DNA of 64,000 bases from Clostridiales bacterium (GCA_031267755.1 JAIRYP010000011.1:128761-192760), one strand, 5' to 3'; shown: positions 39,125-47,667, counted from the stretch's first letter. The notes: generated from the letters alone by a model not told the origin. Numbers and translations: made by a program.

Positions 39125-40165
39125 ATGAACACTGCATCAGAAGAATATAAAGAGATTTTTAATGCTTTTTTTGAAGAAGTAAATTTACTTGAAAAAGATA
39201 AATTCAGAAAAGAAATCATGGATATGATGCTTGATTGGACAGAATTTTTTAAAAAGAAAAATGAATTAGATGAGAATGATTATATTTCAGAAAAAAAAAT
39301 GAACAAAATCATAAAAAAAGTATATAGATCAAAAGTAATTCAAGAATATAATAAAGAAACAGGTTCTAATTTAGAAGAACTTGTTGTTGTTTGTCCATCA
39401 ACTCATCATTTTAATTTTCTTCACTTCCATCAAATTAAAGATATTTTTAATTATTTACAAAGGCACAAGATTAAATTTATATTAAAAAACATACGTTTAT
39501 TAATTCAACTTAAAAATATTGAAGAAAATAAATATCAAAATGATGAAATTGTCAAAAAAATTTTAGACAAAACTAGAAAATCAATACATGATTTTCGATG
39601 CATAGAAATAGAATACAAAGATGAATTTAAAAAAAAAGATTCTCCAGTGCTTTTTATTGTTAGACATGCTTGCATAATAAATTTAGCATGCAAATTACTG
39701 AAATCGATGGAAAGAAAAATAAAATTTTCAACACATGATTTGAATAAACTTAAATTTTTTATGAAAATAGAAAATGAAAGTGGATTTGGCTTTTATAACC
39801 AATATATTTTTGAAGAATTAAAAAACACATATAATAAAAAAGGTAAAAAAGCACTCCATAATCAATTAAAAAATTTAGAAGATAATTTTTCATCATTAAA
39901 CACAAAAATTTTTCCAAATTTAATCGGTTATTTCTACACTATTTTTGTAGAAATTAAAGATCATTTCTTTCCTAAAAAACCTGAAATAATCTTAGAAGAG
40001 TTAAAAAAAGAAAAAATGGCAGGATATAGAAGTTTTGAAAATTATATAGAATTAATAAAAGAAGTAAAAGAACTAAACGGCAAAATTGATCCTACATCTT
40101 TTAGTGATCCTGCACTCAATAATATAAACACTAGTAAAGTTGAAGAATATATGTTTATAAAATAA
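39125..40165 (+). CDS. hypothetical protein (Lys-rich, soluble)
   Basis: 346-aa ORF on the opposite strand between the two copies of the duplicated module, with an AAGGA RBS upstream. It has no TM segment, no signal peptide and no recognisable motif. Confidence 0.6.
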   Translation: MNTASEEYKEIFNAFFEEVNLLEKDKFRKEIMDMMLDWTEFFKKKNELDENDYISEKKMNKIIKKVYRSKVIQEYNKETGSNLEELVVVCPSTHHFNFLHFHQIKDIFNYLQRHKIKFILKNIRLLIQLKNIEENKYQNDEIVKKILDKTRKSIHDFRCIEIEYKDEFKKKDSPVLFIVRHACIINLACKLLKSMERKIKFSTHDLNKLKFFMKIENESGFGFYNQYIFEELKNTYNKKGKKALHNQLKNLEDNFSSLNTKIFPNLIGYFYTIFVEIKDHFFPKKPEIILEELKKEKMAGYRSFENYIELIKEVKELNGKIDPTSFSDPALNNINTSKVEEYMFIK

Positions 40166-40232
40166 CTATAACTAATCTTTGACCTTTTTTTAGCTTTAAA
40201 TCCTCTCAGTAAATGGAGCAATTATATTAAAA

Positions 40233-41417
40233 TTATTTTCCGTGTACAGTTGCTTTTTTAACTGGAGTTTCAGAAGACATTGATTCAAAAAAAGGCATAG
40301 CTGGTTTTGCAGTTGAAAACCTTTTACGGTATTCCTCCACCCGGGCTTTTTGATTTTGAATTATTGAGTCTATCAAATTGTTAATTAAGCTATATAATTT
40401 TTCCTCATCGATTTCCGAAAATAAAAAAGGCGCTTCCACATGTTCTTCGGCAAGAAATGCTAACGCTTTTTCATCGCCCTCTTTTGCTTTTTGCATATTG
40501 ACTAAAATTATTTTTGATTCATTTTCTAATCTCGCCATTCTCTCTGCACACATACCCTCAAGAGCTCCAATATCATGACCAATTGTTATATAAAAATTAC
40601 GCACTTGTATTTCCGTTTCAATAAAAATTTCTTCAAAAATCTCTTTTATGGAATCTTTTGAAATATTAGGAAAAGTCACATTAAGTAATACTTTTAAATT
40701 TGCTTTTAAATGATGCAGTTTACCAAAAGTTTGGTAAATAAAATTATAGTACAGTTTAGATATAGATTTAGAAAGCTTACGATTTTTTTCAATTTCCTCT
40801 AAAATACCATCGCTTTTTTTGATTTTTGCTTCTGTTTTTTCTTTTCTAATACTCTCTGCAACTTTGTCGAATACTCCATCTAATAACGCTAATTTTTCCT
40901 GTTCGAACTGTTCCGACAAAACGAACGAAATATCTGGGGTTCTTAAATCTTTTGATTCTTGTGAATTTAAAACTGGTGATTCAAGGTTTGATGATTCAGA
41001 ATTATCAACACTTTCAGGCTGCTCTGTATTTAAAGATGGTGATTCAAGGTTTGATGATTCAGAACTTTTTATTTTTTTAATTTCTGTTGAATTTAATGGT
41101 TCACTATCTTTCAATTTTTCTATTCTTTGTCTTTCAAATTTCTCAAAATCTATTTCCTTTATTTTTTTTCTCTCTAAATTTATTTGTTCCTTTATTTCTT
41201 CTAATTCTTTGCACGTTTTAAAAAACAAATAATCTTTTTCAAAAAAATGCAATAATAAAAAAATTATGAAAACAGGAATAAAAAATAAACAAATTATAAA
41301 TTGAAATATCATTTTATAAAACGGTTTGTTTTGTTGCCTAATTAAATCTTTTATAAATTCTGTATCATTCGATTGTTCTTCGATTCTTTTAAAATTAACC
41401 ATAACTTCTATCGCCAA
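40233..41417 (-). CDS. hypothetical single-pass membrane coiled-coil protein, KKATV[PH]GK-tail family (type A, copy 2)
   Basis: 394 aa. The N-terminus FKRIEEQSNDTEFIKDLIRQQNKPFYKMIFQFIICLFFIPVFIIFLLL is paralogous to 36358-37617. The C-domain block MQKAKEGDEKALAFLAEEHVEA ... ends VKKATVHGK. Confidence 0.75.
   Translation of the reverse strand: MAIEVMVNFKRIEEQSNDTEFIKDLIRQQNKPFYKMIFQFIICLFFIPVFIIFLLLHFFEKDYLFFKTCKELEEIKEQINLERKKIKEIDFEKFERQRIEKLKDSEPLNSTEIKKIKSSESSNLESPSLNTEQPESVDNSESSNLESPVLNSQESKDLRTPDISFVLSEQFEQEKLALLDGVFDKVAESIRKEKTEAKIKKSDGILEEIEKNRKLSKSISKLYYNFIYQTFGKLHHLKANLKVLLNVTFPNISKDSIKEIFEEIFIETEIQVRNFYITIGHDIGALEGMCAERMARLENESKIILVNMQKAKEGDEKALAFLAEEHVEAPFLFSEIDEEKLYSLINNLIDSIIQNQKARVEEYRKRFSTAKPAMPFFESMSSETPVKKATVHGK
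40975..41064 (-). repeat. 63-bp-period coding repeat (SESSNLESP[SV]LN x2) in the linker of 40233-41417
   Basis: The exact 27-nt string GGTGATTCAAGGTTTGATGATTCAGAA occurs at 40975-41001 and 41038-41064, with similar flanks. Confidence 0.8.
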
Positions 41418-41491
41418 CTTTTAAAATATTTTTTTAAAATAAACAATAATGTTTTTTCGACAAATTAAGTTTATTTATAAAATTAAAACCA

Positions 41492-42659
41492 CTATTTTCC
41501 AGGTACAGTTGCTTTTTTAGAAACTGGGGTTTTAAGAGGTGTTACAGTAAGTGGTGATGTGTCTGCTTGCGTAAACGGAGTTGGTTGATATTGCAACCTG
41601 AAAGCTTCCACGGCAGCCTTTTGTCTCTGAATTATAATATCCTTAACGTGACTAATCAAATCGTTAATTTTTGCCTCATCAATTTGCGGTAAATTTGCTT
41701 TCAAATGTTTTTTTAGCAAAAATGCAGAAGCAGATTCATCACCTTCACTAGCTTTAACCATATTAAGTTGTATTTCTTTTAATTCAATTTCCAGCTCTTT
41801 CATTCTTTCCAAACGAGTACCAATACAAATTTCAAATTCCTCTTTAATTTTTATGTAACAATCGCGAATATCTTCTTTTGACTTTTTAAATACATTTTTA
41901 ACAAGTTTTTTTCTAAAAACCTTTGGAAAATCTGGAAAAGTATTTTTAACTAATTCTTTCAAACTGCTTTTCAATTCATCTTTCATATCATCAATCTGAT
42001 CAGAAAGTTTATCTCTAAATGTTTGCAATTTATCTATGTGTTCTCTATTTTCGTTATGTTCTTCAATGGCCTCTTGTTTCTTCGCCCCGCCATTTTTCAA
42101 ATCAGTTTCTAATTGTTTAACTTTTAATTCTAAAACCACACAGTCTTCTAATTCTTTTTGCTTCGCTGGTGATTTGTCAGGTACTTTACGATGATCCATT
42201 TCTGTTTTTATCTTTGTAATAAAAACCTTCCAGAATTGATTTCTCGAACATATAATGCGGAATTATCTCAGCTTCAAGTCTTGTTTTTTCTTCCGTTAAA
42301 CTTTTGTTTTCAAGTTCACTCGCCGCTTTTCCAAACACATAACCAAAAATAGTGCCTATAATAGGAATAATAGAACCAACTATCGCATAAGCAAGTGGCG
42401 ACGAATTTGAATCTTCCAACATTTTTGTTATCTAGTTATTTCTTTGTTCACAATGAACTAACCCTCTTTCACGAAATTCGATACGATTTTCAGAATCAAC
42501 CCAATATTCCTTCAACTGTTGATTGTTTAAATCAACGATTTCTTCTGGCACAATAAACGATTCTCCCGCACGTTCTTTTCTATTTTCCTTTAGAACATGA
42601 AATTCTTCGCTTAATTTAAAAATTTCACTAGAAGTTTTTGTCGCAGACATCGATACCAT
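41492..42659 (-). pseudogene. disrupted type-B KKATV[PH]GK-tail gene (three collinear ORFs: 42432-42659, 42186-42422, 41492-42199)
   Basis: The ORFs together span 1168 nt, against 1200 nt for intact 37712-38911, with the same order of parts. The N-domain RKERAGESFIVPEE parallels MKREVGSGEIVGEY. The TM segment is AYAIVGSIIPIIGTIFGYVFG. Coiled coil and the tail KKATVPGK follow. ORF1 and ORF2 are in the same frame, separated by a TAG at 42432-42434. ORF2 and ORF3 differ by one frame at the A5 run at 42221-42225. Removing one base there gives LEGFITKIKTEMDHRKV, matching LEGIKEKCKAVERKREV in the intact copy. Confidence 0.55.
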
Positions 42660-42888
42660 ACCTCCAAATAAAAAAAGTATTGTTATATTGCTGAAATACT
42701 ATGTATTTATATATAAAAATTTTAAAATAATTTCAACAAAATTTCAAAAAACAAAAATGTTTTTTATTGAAAAAACTTCTAAAATGACTAACTTGAAAAA
42801 TATTTGAAAAAATACAATATTTTTATGTATGCGACTTGAAAAATTTTTAAAGATAATTTTTTAAAAATAAAATTTAGCAAAATATTGA

Positions 42889-43983
42889 TTACACGTTAAA
42901 CAGAAAATGAATAATATCTCCATCATGAACAACATATTCCTTTCCTTCACTTCTGATAAGTCCTTTTGACTTTGCATTTGAAAGACTTCCGCATTCTAAA
43001 AAATCATCAAATCCAATTACTTCGGCACGAATAAAACCACGTTCAAAATCTGAGTGTATTTTTCCAGCTGCTGCCGGTGCTTTTGTATTATTCGTAATTG
43101 TCCATGCTCTTACCTCTGGTTTTCCAGCAGTGAAATAACTTATTAATTCAAGTAAATCATAACTTTTTTTAATAAAACTATTAAGTCCGGTATCGCTTGC
43201 TCCTATATCCTCTAAAAATATTTTCTTTTCTTCATCAGACAAACTAGAAAGTTCCTCCTCGATTTTAGCGGAAATTACAATCATCTCAGACTCATTTTTT
43301 TCACTATATTCTTGAACTTTTTTTAAAAAATCATTTTTACCTGGATTTGTATAATCACCTTCAGTAGAATTTGCTGCATAAATCACTGGTTTTAAAGTGA
43401 TTAAATTAACATTTGACACAATCTCAATTTCTTTTTGGGAAAGATTCAAATTTCTAGCCATTTTACCGCTTTCGAGAAATACCTTTATCTTATTTAAGGT
43501 ATCAAGTTCAAATTTCCTATTTTCTTCGTTAATTTTAAAATTTTTATCAAGTTTTGAAATTCGTTTTTCAACAATATCAATATCTGAAAAAATAAGTTCC
43601 AAATTAACAATTTCAATGTCACGAATTGGATCAACAGAATTTTCGACATGAAAAATATTTTCATCTCTAAAACACCTTACAACGTGAACTATAGCATCAA
43701 CTTCGCGAATATTTGATAAAAATTTATTACCAAGTCCTTCGCCAACGCTTGCTCCTTTCACAAGACCCGCTATATCAACAAAATTTGCAACCGCTGGCGT
43801 AATTTTTTCTGGGTTATATATTTTTGATAATTCTTCAAGACGGATATCTGGCACATTTACAACACCAATATTGGGCTCTATTGTGCAAAAAGGATAATTG
43901 GCAGACTGCACAGACGACTTAGTTATCGCATTAAAAAGAGTACTCTTTCCAACGTTTGGAAGTCCAATAATGCCAAGTTCCAT
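42889..43983 (-). CDS. ychF: ribosome-binding ATPase YchF
   Basis: 364 aa with the G1 motif GIIGLPNVGKSTLFNA and a C-terminal TGS domain (KGLIRSEGKEYVVHDGDIIHFLFNV). Confidence 0.95.
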   Translation of the reverse strand: MELGIIGLPNVGKSTLFNAITKSSVQSANYPFCTIEPNIGVVNVPDIRLEELSKIYNPEKITPAVANFVDIAGLVKGASVGEGLGNKFLSNIREVDAIVHVVRCFRDENIFHVENSVDPIRDIEIVNLELIFSDIDIVEKRISKLDKNFKINEENRKFELDTLNKIKVFLESGKMARNLNLSQKEIEIVSNVNLITLKPVIYAANSTEGDYTNPGKNDFLKKVQEYSEKNESEMIVISAKIEEELSSLSDEEKKIFLEDIGASDTGLNSFIKKSYDLLELISYFTAGKPEVRAWTITNNTKAPAAAGKIHSDFERGFIRAEVIGFDDFLECGSLSNAKSKGLIRSEGKEYVVHDGDIIHFLFNV

Positions 43984-44126
43984 CTTCTTCTCCTAATTTT
44001 TATATATCATAAATTTAAATCAAAACAGCTCAATATAAAATTTATCACTTTTTTTCTATAAATAAATCAAATAAACTTCTATATTCAAAATAACTTTGCT
44101 GTTCTTGTTGTCTAGATTTATTCGAT

Positions 44127-44780
44127 TCATTTTTGTAAATCTCTTTTAATATTATTAATATCATCATTTATTTCTTTATATTGCCTTAAATTCTTCTCAG
44201 CGTGATCTTCAAGTTCTCGTATCTGAGTACGTTCAAAAACTTCTTCATCAAAAATGAATCTAGCTCTACGATTTCTCCTATCTTCTTCTTCACTCAAAAT
44301 ACGTTGTTGTTCTACACGTCGAGCTTCTTGTAAAAATGAAAAAAGTTCAATACTACGTACTTTAAACTCTGCTTCTGTCACTAATTCCTTTACTCTATTC
44401 ACTAAAAATTTTTTACCATACAAAATATTACTTAAAATTAGTTTGTCACTCGCTGCAATTTCTTCTTTAAGAGAATCGGAAAAAGGTTTTTTACTTTCAT
44501 ACCTTATTTTCTCTTCTTCTAATTGTCTTTCAAGTTCTTCTATTATAGGTCTTGAAGCAAAATCTACCAACATACTAAAACTTTGTAATATTCCGTAACA
44601 ATTTCGTGCTTCAACAATATCAATATCATTTTCAAAATTCGCAAACGCAACAACATTTCCATCAGGCCCAATTCCTTGTCTATCTCCAGAAAACAACCTC
44701 AAATGAGCTGCTTCCGCATTTTCAACTGTTTGTTCATCCATATCTAAAATTCTATAACATTGAAAAAATATACCATTCAT
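44127..44780 (-). CDS. hypothetical protein, family A ([FY]F.CYRILDMD N-terminus), copy 1
   Basis: 217 aa. MNGIFFQCYRILDMDEQTVENAEAAHLRLFSG aligns with MVFFDCYRILDMDSEKVRAASEAYERLCQRV from 44858-45511. The two also share EEEDRRNRRARFIFDEE versus EEEDRINRRSRLSYDEE. It has no TM segment or signal peptide and a coiled-coil C-half. Confidence 0.7.
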   Translation of the reverse strand: MNGIFFQCYRILDMDEQTVENAEAAHLRLFSGDRQGIGPDGNVVAFANFENDIDIVEARNCYGILQSFSMLVDFASRPIIEELERQLEEEKIRYESKKPFSDSLKEEIAASDKLILSNILYGKKFLVNRVKELVTEAEFKVRSIELFSFLQEARRVEQQRILSEEEDRRNRRARFIFDEEVFERTQIRELEDHAEKNLRQYKEINDDINNIKRDLQK

Positions 44781-44857
44781 CGTTTAACCAATCCCTTCTT
44801 ATTACAAAAAATATTTTATAAATTTAAAATAATTATAATATTTATTTTTACTCAATT

Positions 44858-45511
44858 TTACTTATTTTTAAAATTATTAATATCTTGACTTAATTTTTTT
44901 TGAAGACGTAAAATTCTTTCTGAAGGAGTTTCAAACATTTTTATTTCTTTTTCTACAAGAAACTCTTCGTCATAACTAAGTCTACTTCTACGATTTATTC
45001 TATCTTCTTCTTCTCTCAAAATACTCTCTTGTTCTAAACGTTGAGCTTCTCTAGTATCATGAATAAGTTGAATAAAAGTTAATCTATTTTCCGCCTCTCG
45101 TAATTTTTCTTCTACGTCTCTAACAATAGATTTAACATTACACAAAAGATTAAGTGAAAGATAGTAATCACTTTCTGCACGCCTTTTTAAAATGGGATCT
45201 GAAAAAGTTTTACCTTCAAAACTTTGTTTTGCTAATTCCAATTCTTGTTCACGTTGTAATATTAAAGGAGCTGAGGCCATTACTACATCTGCATAAAAAT
45301 TCCGCAATGATCCAAAAATACCCCTAGCAGTATTAAGATCAATTTGATTAAAAGCTTCAGGAAAAAACTCTGGAAAAACTTCAAACTGTGTAGGATTTTC
45401 AACAGTTCCAATCGCATGAACGCGTTGACACAATCTCTCATAAGCTTCACTTGCTGCTCTGACTTTTTCTGAATCCATATCTAAAATTCTATAACAATCG
45501 AAAAAAACCAT
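44858..45511 (-). CDS. hypothetical protein, family A, copy 2
   Basis: 217 aa, collinear with 44127-44780 over its full length, with a GAGGAG RBS upstream. Confidence 0.7.
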   Translation of the reverse strand: MVFFDCYRILDMDSEKVRAASEAYERLCQRVHAIGTVENPTQFEVFPEFFPEAFNQIDLNTARGIFGSLRNFYADVVMASAPLILQREQELELAKQSFEGKTFSDPILKRRAESDYYLSLNLLCNVKSIVRDVEEKLREAENRLTFIQLIHDTREAQRLEQESILREEEDRINRRSRLSYDEEFLVEKEIKMFETPSERILRLQKKLSQDINNFKNK

Positions 45512-45558
45512 ATTTAATCTCTCCTCTTTTTTTAATATAAAAAATATTCTACAAACTT

Positions 45559-45588
45559 ATTATAACACAATAACTTGAAAAAAATCAA
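45559..45588 (-). promoter_or_regulatory. sigma-A-type promoter candidate with extended -10 upstream of 44858-45511
   Basis: Read on the minus strand: TTGATT (45583-45588), an 18-nt spacer, then TGTTATAAT with TATAAT at 45559-45564. That is about 45 nt upstream of the start codon. The same leader sequence recurs upstream of the gene remnant at about 46585-46655. Confidence 0.35.
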
Positions 45589-45667
45589 ACATTTTAAATT
45601 TTTACGCCAAACAATGAAATCTCCACACATCATATATTTCTCATAATTATTATTGTTTACTCAATCT

Positions 45668-46249
45668 TCATTTGCCTAACTGTAATTTAAGATTTTCAAT
45701 ATCTTTATTTAAACTTGTTAATAAATGTGAAGCTCTTTCGTTGAGTCCTTCAAATTCTTTTATATTGCCTACAAAAAAATGCTCATCATAAACATCAACA
45801 ATAATTCTTTCATTTTCCGTATTTTCCCGAACTGTTACAAAAAAATTTACATCTTGATGAAATTCATCATTAATTTGACTAACCATCAATTCAAATTGCG
45901 CTAATTGCAAAACTTGCTTAATGATATCAATACACAAATCAATATTAAGTAAATTAAGTTCTATAGATATTCTATCTTCAGAATCTATATCTGTTCCCTC
46001 TAAATCAGTCTGAAGCTGTTCAGACATAGCTATTGATGTTGAAAATACTAAATTTCCGAAATCTTCTAATGTTTGGCAACAACGTTCCGCAGTAGCCACA
46101 TCAACTCCAACTATAGCATGATCTACAAAAAAACTTCCATCATTGTCTATTGAAACTCTACCACTACATAATGTTCGAAAAGCTTCATCAGCTCTTTCAA
46201 TCGTCTCCAAATCTAAATTCAACTTATCATGAAAATAAATAAAATTCAC
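45668..46249 (-). CDS. hypothetical protein, family A, divergent copy 3
   Basis: 193 aa. MNFIYFHDKLNLDLETIERADEAFRTLCSG aligns with the N-termini of the other two copies. The C-terminal NKDIENLKLQLGK parallels DINNIKRDLQK. It lacks the RRNRR block. Confidence 0.65.
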   Translation of the reverse strand: MNFIYFHDKLNLDLETIERADEAFRTLCSGRVSIDNDGSFFVDHAIVGVDVATAERCCQTLEDFGNLVFSTSIAMSEQLQTDLEGTDIDSEDRISIELNLLNIDLCIDIIKQVLQLAQFELMVSQINDEFHQDVNFFVTVRENTENERIIVDVYDEHFFVGNIKEFEGLNERASHLLTSLNKDIENLKLQLGK

Positions 46250-46388
46250 CTATATCCCACTCCTTTTTAATATAAAAAATATTTATAAACGTAAAAAATT
46301 GAAAAAATAAAATTATTTATCCATTATCTTAAATTTCACACGTTTAAAATAATCATGCTGTTCCTCTTGTTTTTTCTAAACGATACTG

Positions 46389-46523
46389 TTAACTTAAAAT
46401 CCTTTCAATATTATTAATATCATCACTTAATTTTCTATGTAACGCTAAATTTCTCATAAAAAGATCTTAGAGTTTTCGTATATGAACCTCTTCAATAAAT
46501 CCTTCGTCATATTGAAAATCATT
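46389..46523 (-). pseudogene. 5'-deleted remnant of a fourth family A gene
   Basis: The minus-strand translation DFQYDEGFIEEVHIRKL*DLFMRNLALHRKLSDDINNIERILS* aligns with FIFDEEVFERTQIRELEDHAEKNLRQYKEINDDINNIKRDLQK* of 44127-44780. An in-frame TAA (plus-strand TTA at 46467-46469) replaces a Glu codon. The 3' flank (46346-46388) also matches the flank of 44127-44780. Confidence 0.7.
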
Positions 46524-46863
46524 AATAAATATTAATTAAAACATATTTTAAATAATAATCTAAAATTGCAAAAATTTTCTTTTTATCTCACTCCTTTGTA
46601 AACTAAAAAATATTTTCAAGTATTTTCATAACACATAAATTTAAAAAATACAATAATTACTGAAAACTTTTGAAGAATTAAACAATTTTTCTCTCATCAA
46701 TCTAATGGTTTAAAATTACTGATTAAAATTAATAAATATTTACAAAACTTATTATTTACATTTTTTATAAAAAATATTAAATAATTTTAAATTTTGTAAA
46801 TAAAATTAATCAAACTTAAAAAAATAAAATTCTCAAAATTTAAAATTAACTTTTTGAAGAATT

Positions 46864-47601
46864 TTAAAATTTCCTTTTGCCTAAAAATTTTTTACAAAAT
46901 AAACTATTGGCAGAAATCTCAAGATCATCATTCAATTTTGACAAACTCAAAAACTCCTCATATTTTTGTTTTAACGCTTTATTTAACAAATGATCACACA
47001 CTAAAGGATTTTTAGGAAGAAGTGGCCCATGAAGATAAGTTCCAATAATATTTTCGTGCATCACGCCCTCAAATTCAAAATTGTTATAACATCCACCAAT
47101 TAATATTTTACCAAACGGTTTATAACAATTATTAAATGTTCTACCTGCATGATTCTCAAAACCGACTATTTTATTATCAAATAATTCATTTTCCAAAATT
47201 ATATTTCCAATTATACGCTTATCGCTTGATTCGGTATAAATATCCAATATTCCAAGCCCTTCAAGCATCTCATCTTTAATTTTATAATATTTCCCAAGAA
47301 GTTGATACCCACCGCAGACAGCAAGCAATACTTTTTGATCCTCAACATATTTTCTTATTTTATTTTTTATGCATAATAATTTTTCACAAACTATTTTTTG
47401 TTCTCTATCCGAGCCTCCGCCAATAAAAATAATATCAACATAATTTAAATCAATATTTTCAGACTCTGTCGTCAGCTCAATAACGTTTGCATCAATATTC
47501 CTCCACAAAAGCCTTCTTTTCATGCATTCAATATTCCCTCTATCGCTGTAAAGATTCAACAAATCAGGATACATATGGAGAATATTTACTACCACAACCA
47601 T
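46864..47601 (-). CDS. gatD: lipid II isoglutaminyl synthase, glutaminase subunit GatD (CobQ-type amidotransferase)
   Basis: 245 aa with the nucleophile motif LLAVCGGYQLLG and the His region GTYLHGPLLPKNP. It lies immediately downstream of murT. Confidence 0.85.
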   Translation of the reverse strand: MVVVVNILHMYPDLLNLYSDRGNIECMKRRLLWRNIDANVIELTTESENIDLNYVDIIFIGGGSDREQKIVCEKLLCIKNKIRKYVEDQKVLLAVCGGYQLLGKYYKIKDEMLEGLGILDIYTESSDKRIIGNIILENELFDNKIVGFENHAGRTFNNCYKPFGKILIGGCYNNFEFEGVMHENIIGTYLHGPLLPKNPLVCDHLLNKALKQKYEEFLSLSKLNDDLEISANSLFCKKFLGKRKF

Positions 47602-47667
47602 TCCTCAATTTCTTTATAAAATACTCAAAAGATAAAAATTAAAATTCTTAAACAATTATTTAATCTA

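Noticed and set aside
42432-42434. In-frame TAG as a pyrrolysine or programmed-readthrough codon
   Set aside because: No pyl genes or PYLIS-like context are visible in the window, and the same locus also carries a frameshift. Simple decay is more parsimonious. The question is left open under the corresponding finding.
44858-45511. Possible J-domain (DnaJ-like) in family A proteins, because of the CYRILDMD....A..AY.RL opening
   Set aside because: The resemblance is limited to a helix-I-like pattern. No HPD tripeptide occurs anywhere in the three paralogs, so a J-domain call is unsupported.
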